64,000 nucleotides of DNA, from NCBI GenBank assembly GCA_017499595.2, contig CM039000.1, forward strand, positions 2,852,001 to 2,916,000, read 5' to 3'. Position numbers and translations under genes: made by a program. The stretch comes from Psilocybe cubensis. Lineage: Eukaryota. This document shows positions 13,121-24,394 of the stretch, piece by piece; position 1 is the stretch's first letter; the number at the start of each line of letters is the position of its first letter. The notes beneath the pieces were generated by a model, which had not been told where the DNA came from, did no database searches, and saw only the letters and a program-made list of their open reading frames with translations.

Positions 13121-13268
13121 TGGCTTCATCATTGGCCCTCTCTTCAGTTACTTGTTTGGTCACTTCACGTTTTTCTTAGGCAGCCCTAGACATCTATGCG
13201 GAGAAGAGTGTATAATTGTATGTATGCTATATCGTATTTTGTATGTATTTGTGCAAACGTCATCACAG

Positions 13269-14440
13269 TCATGAATCTGTCCTCGTTTTTTGTTGGAGAC
13301 TATCCATAATTTTGGCGGCGGTAATGTCGATTTGATCAAAGCATGTGCTAAACCACTTTTTAGACTTGTCCCCAGAAGATAATGACATATCCTTTAATTG
13401 TCCTTCCAAAGTTTCATCATGGGAAGTCAATATAGTGACCCGAAGTTTCTTAATGATGTCCCAGAATGAAATCAAGCATGTCTTGATGTTGGCGAGATCG
13501 TGGTAAGGGTACATTGACGAAATTAAGTCGTCTGAAGCTGTAAGAAGACGATTAGATAACGACGAAAGTTTGTCCAGAGTAGAATTGTCGTTTTTGACAC
13601 CATCGGCTGAGAGGGTATCTCGGCTGATACGTTTGTGAAGAAGGATCACAAGTTTAACGATCGCTTGAACCTACAAAGGAGAAAATCAGACGAAAAACCG
13701 AAATTGTGAAATTAATGAAACCTTTTCAGCTCTTTCAAACTCTACTGGAGATAGCTTTTTGTCAGAGCTAATCCCGAATTCTTCCCATCCGTCTTCGAGC
13801 GCATCTTCACCGTCTTCATTGCCATCTTCACTATCTTTTTTGCAGATTTCTTGTATTTCCTCGTATCCGTCCACAAGAGAATCATGTTCTTGAAGCCACA
13901 ATCGCCTTACGGCTTCAAAGTTATTTTGTGATAGACCTCCGGCCTTTCGAGCGAAGTCAATCAGTTCATGGATTTCTCCAGTCCTGACGAGGTAGGCTTT
14001 GGGATCGGCTTGAAGCAGTGCTTCTGCCAGACCTTTTACAGAGATGATAACACTTTTAGCAACCTTTTCGTACTCTGCCATAATCGTAGAGCCTTCCTGA
14101 AGACGCATAAGGCGGATTGAGTGCACAAGGGCGGCGACATTGTTTGCGAGGTCCCTAAGCGGCACTAGGGATGCCTTATGGTGTGGTTCCGATGGCTTCA
14201 GCGACAGAGCGACCTTGGTTGTAGCGGCATATATAATGGAGAGGAGAGACAGAAAATCTGTACGAAGGATTGAGAAATCTGATGTAGGATAATCTTCAAC
14301 GTTCACGCTCTCTACGAGGCCGGATAAAGCTGCGTCGCAGCTCTGCACAACGAGATGAAGAGATGAGATGGCTGTAGAATACGCGTTAGCGGCTGTTCTA
14401 AAATTTAAAAGAGTCACAGACCTTTCTCTTTATCGGACAT
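13269..14440 (-). CDS. Helical protein resembling the GCIP/CCNDBP1 (Grap2 and cyclin-D interacting) family
   Basis: ATG 14440 (MSDKEK) followed by two introns. Helical-bundle sequence ATTKVALSLKP...TGEIHELID...acidic DGWEEFG...SDDLISSMYP fits remembered GCIP-family features. Confidence 0.55.
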
Positions 14441-14629
14441 GGCGTTGAGAAATAGTTCGAAGACATGGTGAGTGCTGCACCGTAAATATGGCAGATCACA
14501 AATTGGTGCCGTCCAAAAGGAGAGAGCACGTGAATCACTGACGCACTAGCAAGTGGTACGCCGGCCGACTTTTTCTCTTGCGTACTCTACCGTTTCCATT
14601 CTCTCTGGTTTCTCTGATTGTGCTCAGGG

Positions 14630-17600
14630 ATGTTCAGTCATTCCCTTGTAAGTTCATTGTATTTTATACGGTGTCATATACTCAATCTAATATCTAGTTA
14701 CAGGGGATATTGCGCGTCTCAGTTAGGCGTCAGGTATTACCACCAACTCCCCTACCATCATACACTCGCCTATTTTCAGTAGCGAGCTCACAAGCTCGCA
14801 AAAATCCCTTTGCTTTTGGCACTTTCAGCCAACAATATTTACCAGCTTCAATACCATGCGGTCGGCGATCACTTTCTTTGGGTTCCATATTCTCGCGTTC
14901 CAAAGCGGAAGCGACACCAACTCCTCACACCGTTGCACTTATTACGCGACTTGAAGCGGAAGCCAACGTCCATCCACACGATACCGGAAAGCAACTAGCG
15001 TTACTTCAAGCACTTCTTGAAACTAAATTGAAGTCTTCTTATGAATTAATCGTGAACCGTTGGGAACGGATGTGCGAGTTTGTGAGTGCCACGCCCGTAT
15101 GCGCTGTTTCGCCCATCCTTATTGAGTCTGCAGGACGCATCTTCTCCCTTGCTTAAATCAGATGAAGCGTTTAGGATCTATGTTACTTCTCTCCAAAATC
15201 TCGACCAAGCCTCCGCTATCAGCGACGCTGTCACAAAACGAGACGGACTATTAGCTGCCCAGACCGGAGCAACTGCTACTGTGAATATGTCGGTACCCTC
15301 GGACGCCACAAATGGGCAAATGTCAACACAGTCAAACGGTACGAGCTCACCAGTTCAAACCCCTACTTCAAGTGAAATCATCGCCCAGCAAGTTCTATCG
15401 AGACCGGAAACATCTAACCATGCATCTCCGGCGTCACAGTCTACGTCGAGCACAAATCCGTTCAAGCTTCCATTAGCCTCCGAGAATTCACAAGCTCATC
15501 CTATCCAAGTGTCAATTGTTGAACGTAAATTGCTTAACTGTCATGTTGAGACTTCACGCTGAATCTCTCTTCTAGGCAAGGGCGCTTGGGTCCCCCGTCT
15601 TCTCCGATTTGTATTACTGACAATTGTCGCTTCCTTCTGTATGTCTTCAAGTGGGTATATAAGATTAGAAACTGATTTTTTGAATAGTTTTTCTCGTCAT
15701 TCTCTCGGTATTCTTTGAAAACTCTGGCTTTATGAAGGCTGGTCCCCGTCAATCTCAATTTGAACCTTCCGAAGGAAAGACGGTAAAATTCAGTGATGTA
15801 CATGGGGTCGATGAGGCCAAAGAGGTATTCATGTTCAATCTGTATCCGACATACCAATTGACATGTTCACAACAGGAATTACAAGATGTCGTTGCTTTCT
15901 TGAAGGATCCATCTGCGTTCTCGACACTTGGGGGAAAGCTGGCGAAAGGTGTTCTACTCACGGGGTTAGCAAAATCCTGGCTCTTTGACTTTTTGATGCT
16001 GAAAAGTATACACAGGCCTCCTGGCACTGGAAAAACGTTGCTGGCACGCGCGGTTGCTGGAGAAGCAGGCGTCCCGTTCTTTTTCGCTTCAGGGTGAGAT
16101 TTGTGATAATCAACAATATATCACGCTAATGTATGTTTAGTTCCGATTTCGAAGAAATGTTTGTTGGGGTCGGTGCTAAGCGTGTGCGCGAATTGTTTGC
16201 TGCTGCAAGAAAGAAAGAGCCTGCAATCATATTCATTGATGAACTCGATGCAGTCGGTGGCAAGCGTAGCAGTAGGGATCAACAATACATGAAACAGACA
16301 TTGAACCAACTGTTGGTTGAGATGGATGGGTTCCAGCAATCAGAAGGGGTCATTGTTATCGCAGCCACAAATTTTCCGGAGAGTTTGGACCAGTATGTCG
16401 TGTCTCGATTGCTTCCTCAATGCTATCTCATGATTTTCTAAGGGCACTAGTTCGTCCTGGACGGTTTGATAGGGTCATAGCCGTTCCTTTACCTGATGTG
16501 CGCGGACGTGTGCAAATTTTGCAACATCACCTGAAAGGTGTCACCGTTAGCCCAGGTACTAGCAATCTTATTTCTGTTTTGGGACAATTCTAACATGACG
16601 TCTATTCACAGATGTTGATCCAAAGATTTTAGCACGCGGTACGCCTGGATTCTCGGGTGCTGATCTACAAAACATGGTGAAGTTAGTCTCTTATCTCTCC
16701 ACCATAGTCACAGCTATTTAAAGGTGTTTATTCCACAGTCAAGCGGCAATCCAAGCTTCCAAGCTTGGGGCTAAGGAAGTTAATCTTAAGCATTTCGAAT
16801 GGGCACTGGTGAGTTGCATATGTTGCACAATTATTCAGGCATAAACAATATGTTCGATTAGGACCGTATCGTCATGGGAGCCGAACGAAAGAGCTCGTAC
16901 ATAAGGGAGAAAGAGAAGCTCGCAACCGCATACCATGAGGTTCGAAGGTCGTTCTAATCATTTTTTACTCATCTTATTTTATGTGTTTAGGGCGGACATG
17001 CTCTTGTTGCCCTCTATACTGATGGAGCAATGCCCCTACACAAAGTGACATGTGTACCCCGTGGACACGCCTTAGGCTACGTGAGTGATCTCTTTGTTGC
17101 TCTCGGTACATTGATATTCACGACATGAATTCTCAAGACCTCCCAACTTCCGGAAAACGACCGTACATCTGTTACCCTGAAAGAGTATCTGGCAGAGATC
17201 GATGTGGCGATGGGTGGCCGTGTAGCCGAGGAATTGAGTAAGAGGCCGCCTTTTTCCATGGACATTGCCGACTTAATTCTTTTTCAATGTCAGTTTATGG
17301 AGCTGAGAATGTGACAAGTGGTGCTAGCTCAGATATTCGCGCTGCAACTAGGACTGCACAAAGAATGGTTAAGGTCAGTTGTTCCTTAGCCAAGCCTTTT
17401 GTGATTCTAAAACTACGGTACTACAGTACTGGGGATTCTCCAACCTAGGGCCTATATTATTCGACGATAGAGACGAATCGATAAGTCCCAAGAGAAAGGA
17501 AGAAATCGAAGAAGAAGTTTCCAAGTGAGTTCTTTCCCGAATTAAAACAACAAAAAGAGTTGCGTCACTCGCATTACCTTTTTTATTTGCATCTTTACTT

Positions 17601-17909
17601 CATATATCATGTCGGAACCTATGACTGACATTGATCTGCACCACTGTAGGCTTGTTAGAGGAGGCGAGGCTCGGGCAACGGCCCTTCTTACCGCGAAAAT
17701 ATCTGAATTGCACAAGGTGAGAATCTCGTATGTCACATCTCTTTCTCAAGTTTATTATTATTTGAATATAGCTTGCTCGAGCTCTTGTTGATCACGAAAC
17801 GTTAGACTTAGAAGAGGTGAAGAAAGTCGTCAAAGGCGAACCTATTCGGACTATAACCGAAGTATTGGATGAGGATATTTCTAATCTAGAGGCAGGGTCA
17901 AATAATTAA
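14630..17909 (+). CDS. YME1: Mitochondrial i-AAA protease (FtsH family)
   Basis: [11 protein letters not shown], Walker A GPPGTGKT (split by an intron), Walker [27 protein letters not shown], and the zinc motif AYHEGGH across exons. N-terminal presequence-like region and one TM segment. Confidence 0.96.
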
Positions 17910-19300
17910 TGGGAATCTTTCCTTTTTTTGTGGCATGATTTTATCAAACGTTTCCATTACTTTGAACAGATGCGAAGGCCGTCGACTGGATGTCATGATT
18001 TACTTTGCAATGCTGAAGCCTGGAAATCTTTGCAATTTATAGCTGTGAAAATAACGACCAATTTCAACTGCTTCGTTCATTTGCTGTTCTGTATGTTGCC
18101 AGGGTGTCCTTTCGCGGGTGAATCATACACGCTAATTCGAAGCTTTGTAGTGTTCCTGATCACTATTGGCCTACTAATAACTCGTTGATAGACATGATTC
18201 GCAGTCACAGAACCCGGCGGCCCCGTGAATAGTGAATAGACTCAGTCTCCAGAGATGAATTCACAGTGTCTCTCACAATGGTTTGCCTGGACATGGTGTT
18301 ATATGTCTTCTAGCAGATTCTGTTCATGATGTGTGTTATAAAAAAGACTAGGTGCCTAGAGAAACAATGCAAAGCAACTGGACTGAGTCATGAGTTTAAT
18401 GCTTCTTCGTGTTTACCAATATCTAGCATCATGCAATGAACAGAAAATAGAGGATTTGTTCCCAAAACATTCAAATATAAATTCTTTAACTTGATTCATC
18501 GATCGAAACTTCGAAAGTCGTCGAGCGGTTCGCTTCCATAGTCGACGGACGTTAATCCTCGAAATGCGCATCACCTCCACATTGAATTGCGACTGATTCA
18601 GAGCTTTGCAGCCAAGCTGTCGGCCAAATTTGACTTCATTGAGCTAGAGGGCAACATGCTGATAAGCGAACCCGATGACGCCGCCGTAGCCTTGGATCAT
18701 GCCTTTCATTTGGCAGGAGGTGCATCTCGATGGGAATTCATTTGGTTAACGTACAATTAGAGTTCGTCAATCAATGGTTTCCCGTTGGGTTTTCTGAATC
18801 TGGTGAATCTGCCCTTTGGGTCCATACCAAATCCATACACTTTATCTTTATTGAATGCCTTCCTTTATTTGTTCCATCATGACACTGTCTGTCATAAGTA
18901 CATGTACTTATCCTGAACTGTCAAGATCCTAAAGCACATTTCGGAGACTTCTGTATGGAAGGCAAACCAGTCCGACCTGGCTCGAATAATTCGTGCTTGG
19001 GATGAAGTGGTAGGCTTTATAAGGATGTCCAGTTTGGATTAAAAAGCGCGCAAAAGGTTCAACAACTCAATCCTCTTTGTGAGTTCTGCTGTCCAAGGTC
19101 GAGGTAAGTTCATCGGCAAATTACACTGTCAACTATGACGATCTCTAAAATATGCTTCGCTGCGCCCCCAGATCGAACTCAAAATAAGTACGATTTACGA
19201 TCAACTACAACCTCCTCCTACCTCCGCCGACGAGAGCAGGTGAGGCTCAACAGGCGCCCCCAGCGATCAACAACACGGAAATAACCTCATTATGTAGAAC

Positions 19301-19578
19301 ATGTGCCATCGACAGCTCCGATTCCTGAAATCCACTGGTTGTGGACATCTAACACTCCATGGGGAGAGTATCATTGACTGTCGTTCAACAACGTGCCATT
19401 TGAGTAGCGCACACCCTGGCAATCCTAGCTCGTGCACTAGTACTCAATGCCGGCGGTATTACGAAAAACCTGAAAGAACAACAACACATAGTGTAAGAAT
19501 TTTCGAGTACCATGATATTCATCTTTATCTGATATCAATAATTCTTAGGTTACTGGGAAGTGCCCTCAATGCAGATGA
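19301..19578 (+). CDS. 73-aa Cys/His-rich microprotein (MC...CGH...CPxC type)
   Basis: Exon 19301-19492, intron 19493-19548 (GTAAGA...TTAG), exon 19549-19578, giving MCHRQLRFLKSTGCGH...DCRSTTCHLSSAHP...CTSTQC...VTGKCPQCR*. Confidence 0.7.
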
Positions 19579-19620
19579 TTGGAGTTAAATTATCATGAAT
19601 GGCTTTATAATTGACTGCTT

Positions 19621-22600
19621 TCAGACATCAAGATCGAAGTCCATAAGTGCCGCGTCGCTGAGTCCCCCATCTCCGTAATCGTCATCGTGATCCTTCTCAG
19701 CATCTAACGCGAGTTCCTTTTGTTTTGCTTGTGCTTTCTCAATATCTTCCAACGTCCACAATGATACACCAGTTTGATTTTCGTTTGGATTCTGAGAAAT
19801 GGTGCGCATGAACAATTTTGATAGTGTAATGGCCATGTCCGTCGACAAGTTAGAGGCCGTCTCCGTAATATATTGGTTGATCCACCGAGGAAGCTTGGCT
19901 CTCTTATCTGCTCTTGCGAAGCGCTTGGTAAAGTTGAGGCAACCGTGCCTATTTAAAAAAGGCAAGAAAGCATACCTTGTCCGCGAAAATCATTAATCCC
20001 CAGTCCGTTTTTCCTCTCAATACCCGACCGACGCATTGTGCAGCATTTCGCATGGCATCGAAGCCCAAAAACTCGGATTCACGAATGCGGTATGCGTCGC
20101 GAAGATATTCCAGACGGGCCTTCAGGATGCGACTTTCAGTGTACTGATAAGGAACTCTGAAAAACATGAGTAATTTATTGAGAAATTAGGAGCGGATAAT
20201 TACCCAAACATGATGACCGCTCGGCCGTAGTTATGATCAAAATCAATGCCTTCAGAGACCTTTCCTCGAGCGACAGAAAGCAAAACTGCACCACGGCCAT
20301 TATCACAGGCCTTTCAAAGTACTTCAGGAGCCAGGATTACGAATAATATATTGTTCTCACCCTCCGGTAATTCTCTAATGCGATACTTGTTTCATTTGCG
20401 TCAGGTGTCTCCACAAAAATTAATTTGTGCTTCCAAACTTCATTCAGTATGCCCTATGAAGGATAAACAATATTAGTTAAGATAAACACTGATGATCCCT
20501 GAGAAGTATCGAATTACATACCATATCGTTCCATGCTGCAACTATGGACTCCATGTACAAATAGCTAGGGAAGAAGGCTACGATTCCGTCTGGCACTATC
20601 TTGCTATACTCAATCAAAATGCTTCCGAAGTTGCGAACGACAGCAGGGTCATTTCTGACTTCAAATCTGGAGCTGATAGCAACTTGGTCACTACCCCTCG
20701 TGATGACCTGTTACATGCATTTCGTTATAGTAAGAGCGAAAACAAAACAAAAAAAAAACAAATTCACCAAGGGCAAAAACGCATTCCTCGTCAACGTCAT
20801 GGGGTATGTCTCTTGAACAACAGGCGTAAACTGCAGCATCTTGGGGTACATATCCAGCGGTGATATAGTCCCCGAAGTAATGACCACACTACTGAAGCGC
20901 TCAAAAACAGGTTTTATGGCAAGTGACGGATCAAGACAGCTACATAATCATTCAGGTATGATGTCCCTGTAAGGATAACGGTATCTTACGTGAAATGAAA
21001 CACGGGATTCGGGACGGTAGCATTATCCGTCTCGAAGGGTTCCAGTATCAGAAGAAACCCTAGTTCGATAACTTCAGACCCCAGATAGTCTATATTCAAC
21101 ATAAATTCAAACCTTTTTCATAAGTAGCAACCAAAGTTGCGAAACTGGCGACCTTCTGTAAGCTGGCAAATTCATCAAGCCGGTTTAATTCCAGTGTCCG
21201 TATTAGAGATTGGAGCCGTTCAGCACAAAACCTATTGACCAAATATGTAATAATGAACGTAATATTGAAATAAAAAACATACCGTAGCGGCCGCCGTTCT
21301 ATGTAAGTTATATCCTTAAGATGTTGCAAGAAAGACAGCGGCGTTTCCGCCACAACGTGAAGGACCCTCATGCGAGTCTGATATTGGTATTGAGAATAGA
21401 AAATATTGCACAAAAAATTGTGTACCGACCTTAATATACTCCACAAATCTCTTCAAGAAGGCGACAAAATGTTCGGCCTTCCTTATGTTTCCGGGAATTG
21501 CTTCATGCAACAGGTCGTCCGGCAGTACTAATCATGTTGTAAATTAGAGATCACATGGTTGAAGAGTCAATGTTCATGCCTGGGTTGCCCATGACGGCGT
21601 CGGTGTCGTTTTCATCAGAGATAGACTCCTGCAATCCTTCGACCAGCCTCGCATACTCATCTTGCAGTTTGGCAACGTCAGTTGTCTTAACCCTAATCGA
21701 AGGAAGAATTATAATCTCAAAATGACGCGGATGAATATAAACCACATCTTACTCCTCAATTTTGTCAGACAGTTTGGTGACACTTCTACCAGCAGCTTCC
21801 AGCATAGGTCTTGTGAGGTCGATGCTGAGAGATTCGATACAAACATTGTCTGGGAGCAAACTTCCTTAAAACTTGCGTCAGTAGAAAAGACATGATACAC
21901 ACCAATGTTATGGGCTTCATCGAACACCACGATAGCATCCTTGGACATTTCTTTAGAAACTTGTTCAGCAACCTTGGGATCCAGAAGATAATGAAACGAA
22001 TATATGATGACATCGATAAAAGGCATCTGACATAAAAATTAAAATCAACCCGCTAAACAAACTTAAAAAGTTGTCATGTACCATCCGTCGAACAGCGAAG
22101 TATGGACAAATGCCTTTGTCACGACCGTATTGCAGGACATCAGCTAGGGTCCAGATACCACCAGGTATAAGGTGCCCAGGTTCCAGTTTCCCTAGATTCT
22201 GTGATATGTAAGCAAAAAGTATCGGAATTTGTGTTTTTAAACTACCTCGTGCCAATCACAAAGCTCTACAGATCCAGGATTTTCCCTTCCTTTTTGGCAA
22301 ACAGAGGAATTTGTCAAGTCCCGACAGCGTGCATCGACCACTTTCCCTTTCTTCTCTTTCGCTACCTTTGAGTACAAGCAAATGATAAAGTTTGCTTTAG
22401 CGCAGTAACAGCGATTTTACATACCTGAGGATTGATACATAAATTCTTTCGGCTAGTAAGACCAAGCCCCATGAAATTCGTCTCTTTGGTTTTCTGCTCC
22501 TCTGTCTCTGCAGATTTGGTTCTGTACTCCATTAGCCTTTTCAGCTCCGCAAGAGCTTTCTCGATTTCTGGAACGGTACGAGAGCAGTAAATAAGCTTTC

Positions 22601-23016
22601 GTTTGGTTGGAAAAAACTAAAAAAAACAGATATGTTACTCTTGTCATGGACGTTGATATAGAGAACACTACCTGTTGATAGGATACAATTAAGGAAAGTA
22701 AAGAAACAGTTTTCCCTGTTCCAGAAGGCATTTCGAGTACACAATGCCCCTACAACAATGATTCGTGACAAGATACAATAGGAATACAGACGTAGAGACT
22801 CACAGTGGCGTCAAGGGTTCTTTTGAGATCGCACATGTACGCATATTGTTCTAGAAGAGGCCTTCAGATCCATAGACGAGTTCATGTGCCTTGGGCATAC
22901 CAGGATAGATTCGGTCGTATGGGAAGATTATCTAGGGTCAGTTGTTGGTATACAAAGCACAGCTGGGTAAAGCTTGCAAGAATACTAACCGGTAGGTTAT
23001 CAATGAAGAACTTCAT
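19621..23016 (-). CDS. RAD3: TFIIH/NER 5'-3' DNA helicase XPD
   Basis: [19 protein letters not shown] start, EMPSGTGKT Walker A, DEAHNI box, [20 protein letters not shown] and [14 protein letters not shown]. Many short introns. Confidence 0.97.
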
Positions 23017-24394
23017 TCCTGCGTGTTTCGTGAGGCTTGGAACGAGATTTTATCAATGAAATAGAAAAAGTTTGGCGTGTTGCGAAAGAGATTAAGGTTA
23101 TGTCGTGTACAGATGCTCCGGGTCCGTCCCAGAATGTAGCAAAGGCGTAGTACTTTTCAATTATGAAGCAACTAGATCGAATCGTGCAGAACTAGAAATT
23201 TCAGCTGGACATGATATCAAGGGATAAGAAATTATATTGGTGAATGCGCCTAATTGTCTTTTAAGCTGAGGTTTACTTGGTGCGTTCTGTTTAGAGTCGA
23301 CTTGAAGTTGGAGTGTTCAAGCTTGGTCCAAGCTGGAGTAATGGGCTGAAACTGACCTCCCAGAGCACGTGATGATGTACATAGTCTAGATCTATTTCTG
23401 TATTTCAGCCGTGTGATTTAGGCTCGTGAGCGTGTGACCCTACGCGCTTAAACTTTGAACTTAAAGCCAGTTGGACTCTTGCCAAAGCCTCGCCTCGCCT
23501 CGGTTTGCAAGAAGTACTATATCGCAGTCGATTCGACACTGGTTGGGATTGCTTCTTGCACCTGAAAATATCTGTAAATTTAGCGGGCACCAATTGTCCG
23601 CCGGTGTGTACGGAAAAGCTGATGCTCATTCAATATACAACGAATGAAGCGCTATCAATCAGGACATATCGTGGTTTGTCTAGGAGAGGCTAGCTATCAA
23701 TTGTCTCCAACCGGACTTCTACCCACCAGATACCAAATACATTGCGAAGTTTAAATCATGGTATATCAGTTATTACCGACATAATTATGTTTTGCTGACA
23801 GGAATACTTCTTGCGATATAAAACACCCCGTAGTAGTTACTATTCAAAATAGGAGATTGAACTGACCAGATGGTACAAATTATCCATATACTTAGCACTA
23901 TTACTAGTATTAGTATGTTGATATTCTCAGACGTAAAATACAAATAATCATCTTCTGACGATTAACCAATTCGAAAATTAGCGATCTTCGAGGCCATTCA
24001 TGTTTTCTTTGGCATCAGCAAGATTTCGTCCATATGCCAGTGATACCGTCACTACTAATACAGTTAAATAAATGGTAGAAAACAGTGTATTACAGATTTA
24101 TACAAACTAACACAATGTAAAGTTTAGCAAAAATGTTCATCCACGCAGGCAGGTCTGAGGTAAGTATTCATATAGAAATCGGCATCTGATTATACAGCAA
24201 GGTTGTGAGGGGCTTGTAGTACGTTCGGTCGTGGCTGAGAAGCTAAATTTAATTTAAACCAAAATCAAAATTTCCGTGAATTGTTCGTTGTGTCAAAGCA
24301 AGCAAAGTCAAAAAGAGCAGCAGTGGAAGCAAATGTCGTATGAATCAAAGAGGATCATGTTCCGCGTTAGTGGGTTGTGAGTGAAATTTGTAAT

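Noticed and set aside
20738-20762. A-rich run in RAD3
   Set aside because: It is a poly-T tract inside a minus-strand intron, not a retro-insertion tail.
23017-24394. 1.4-kb gap between RAD3 and the GH5-like gene, with short ORFs and small palindromes
   Set aside because: AT-rich with no coherent coding or repeat structure; consistent with a promoter plus 3' UTR.
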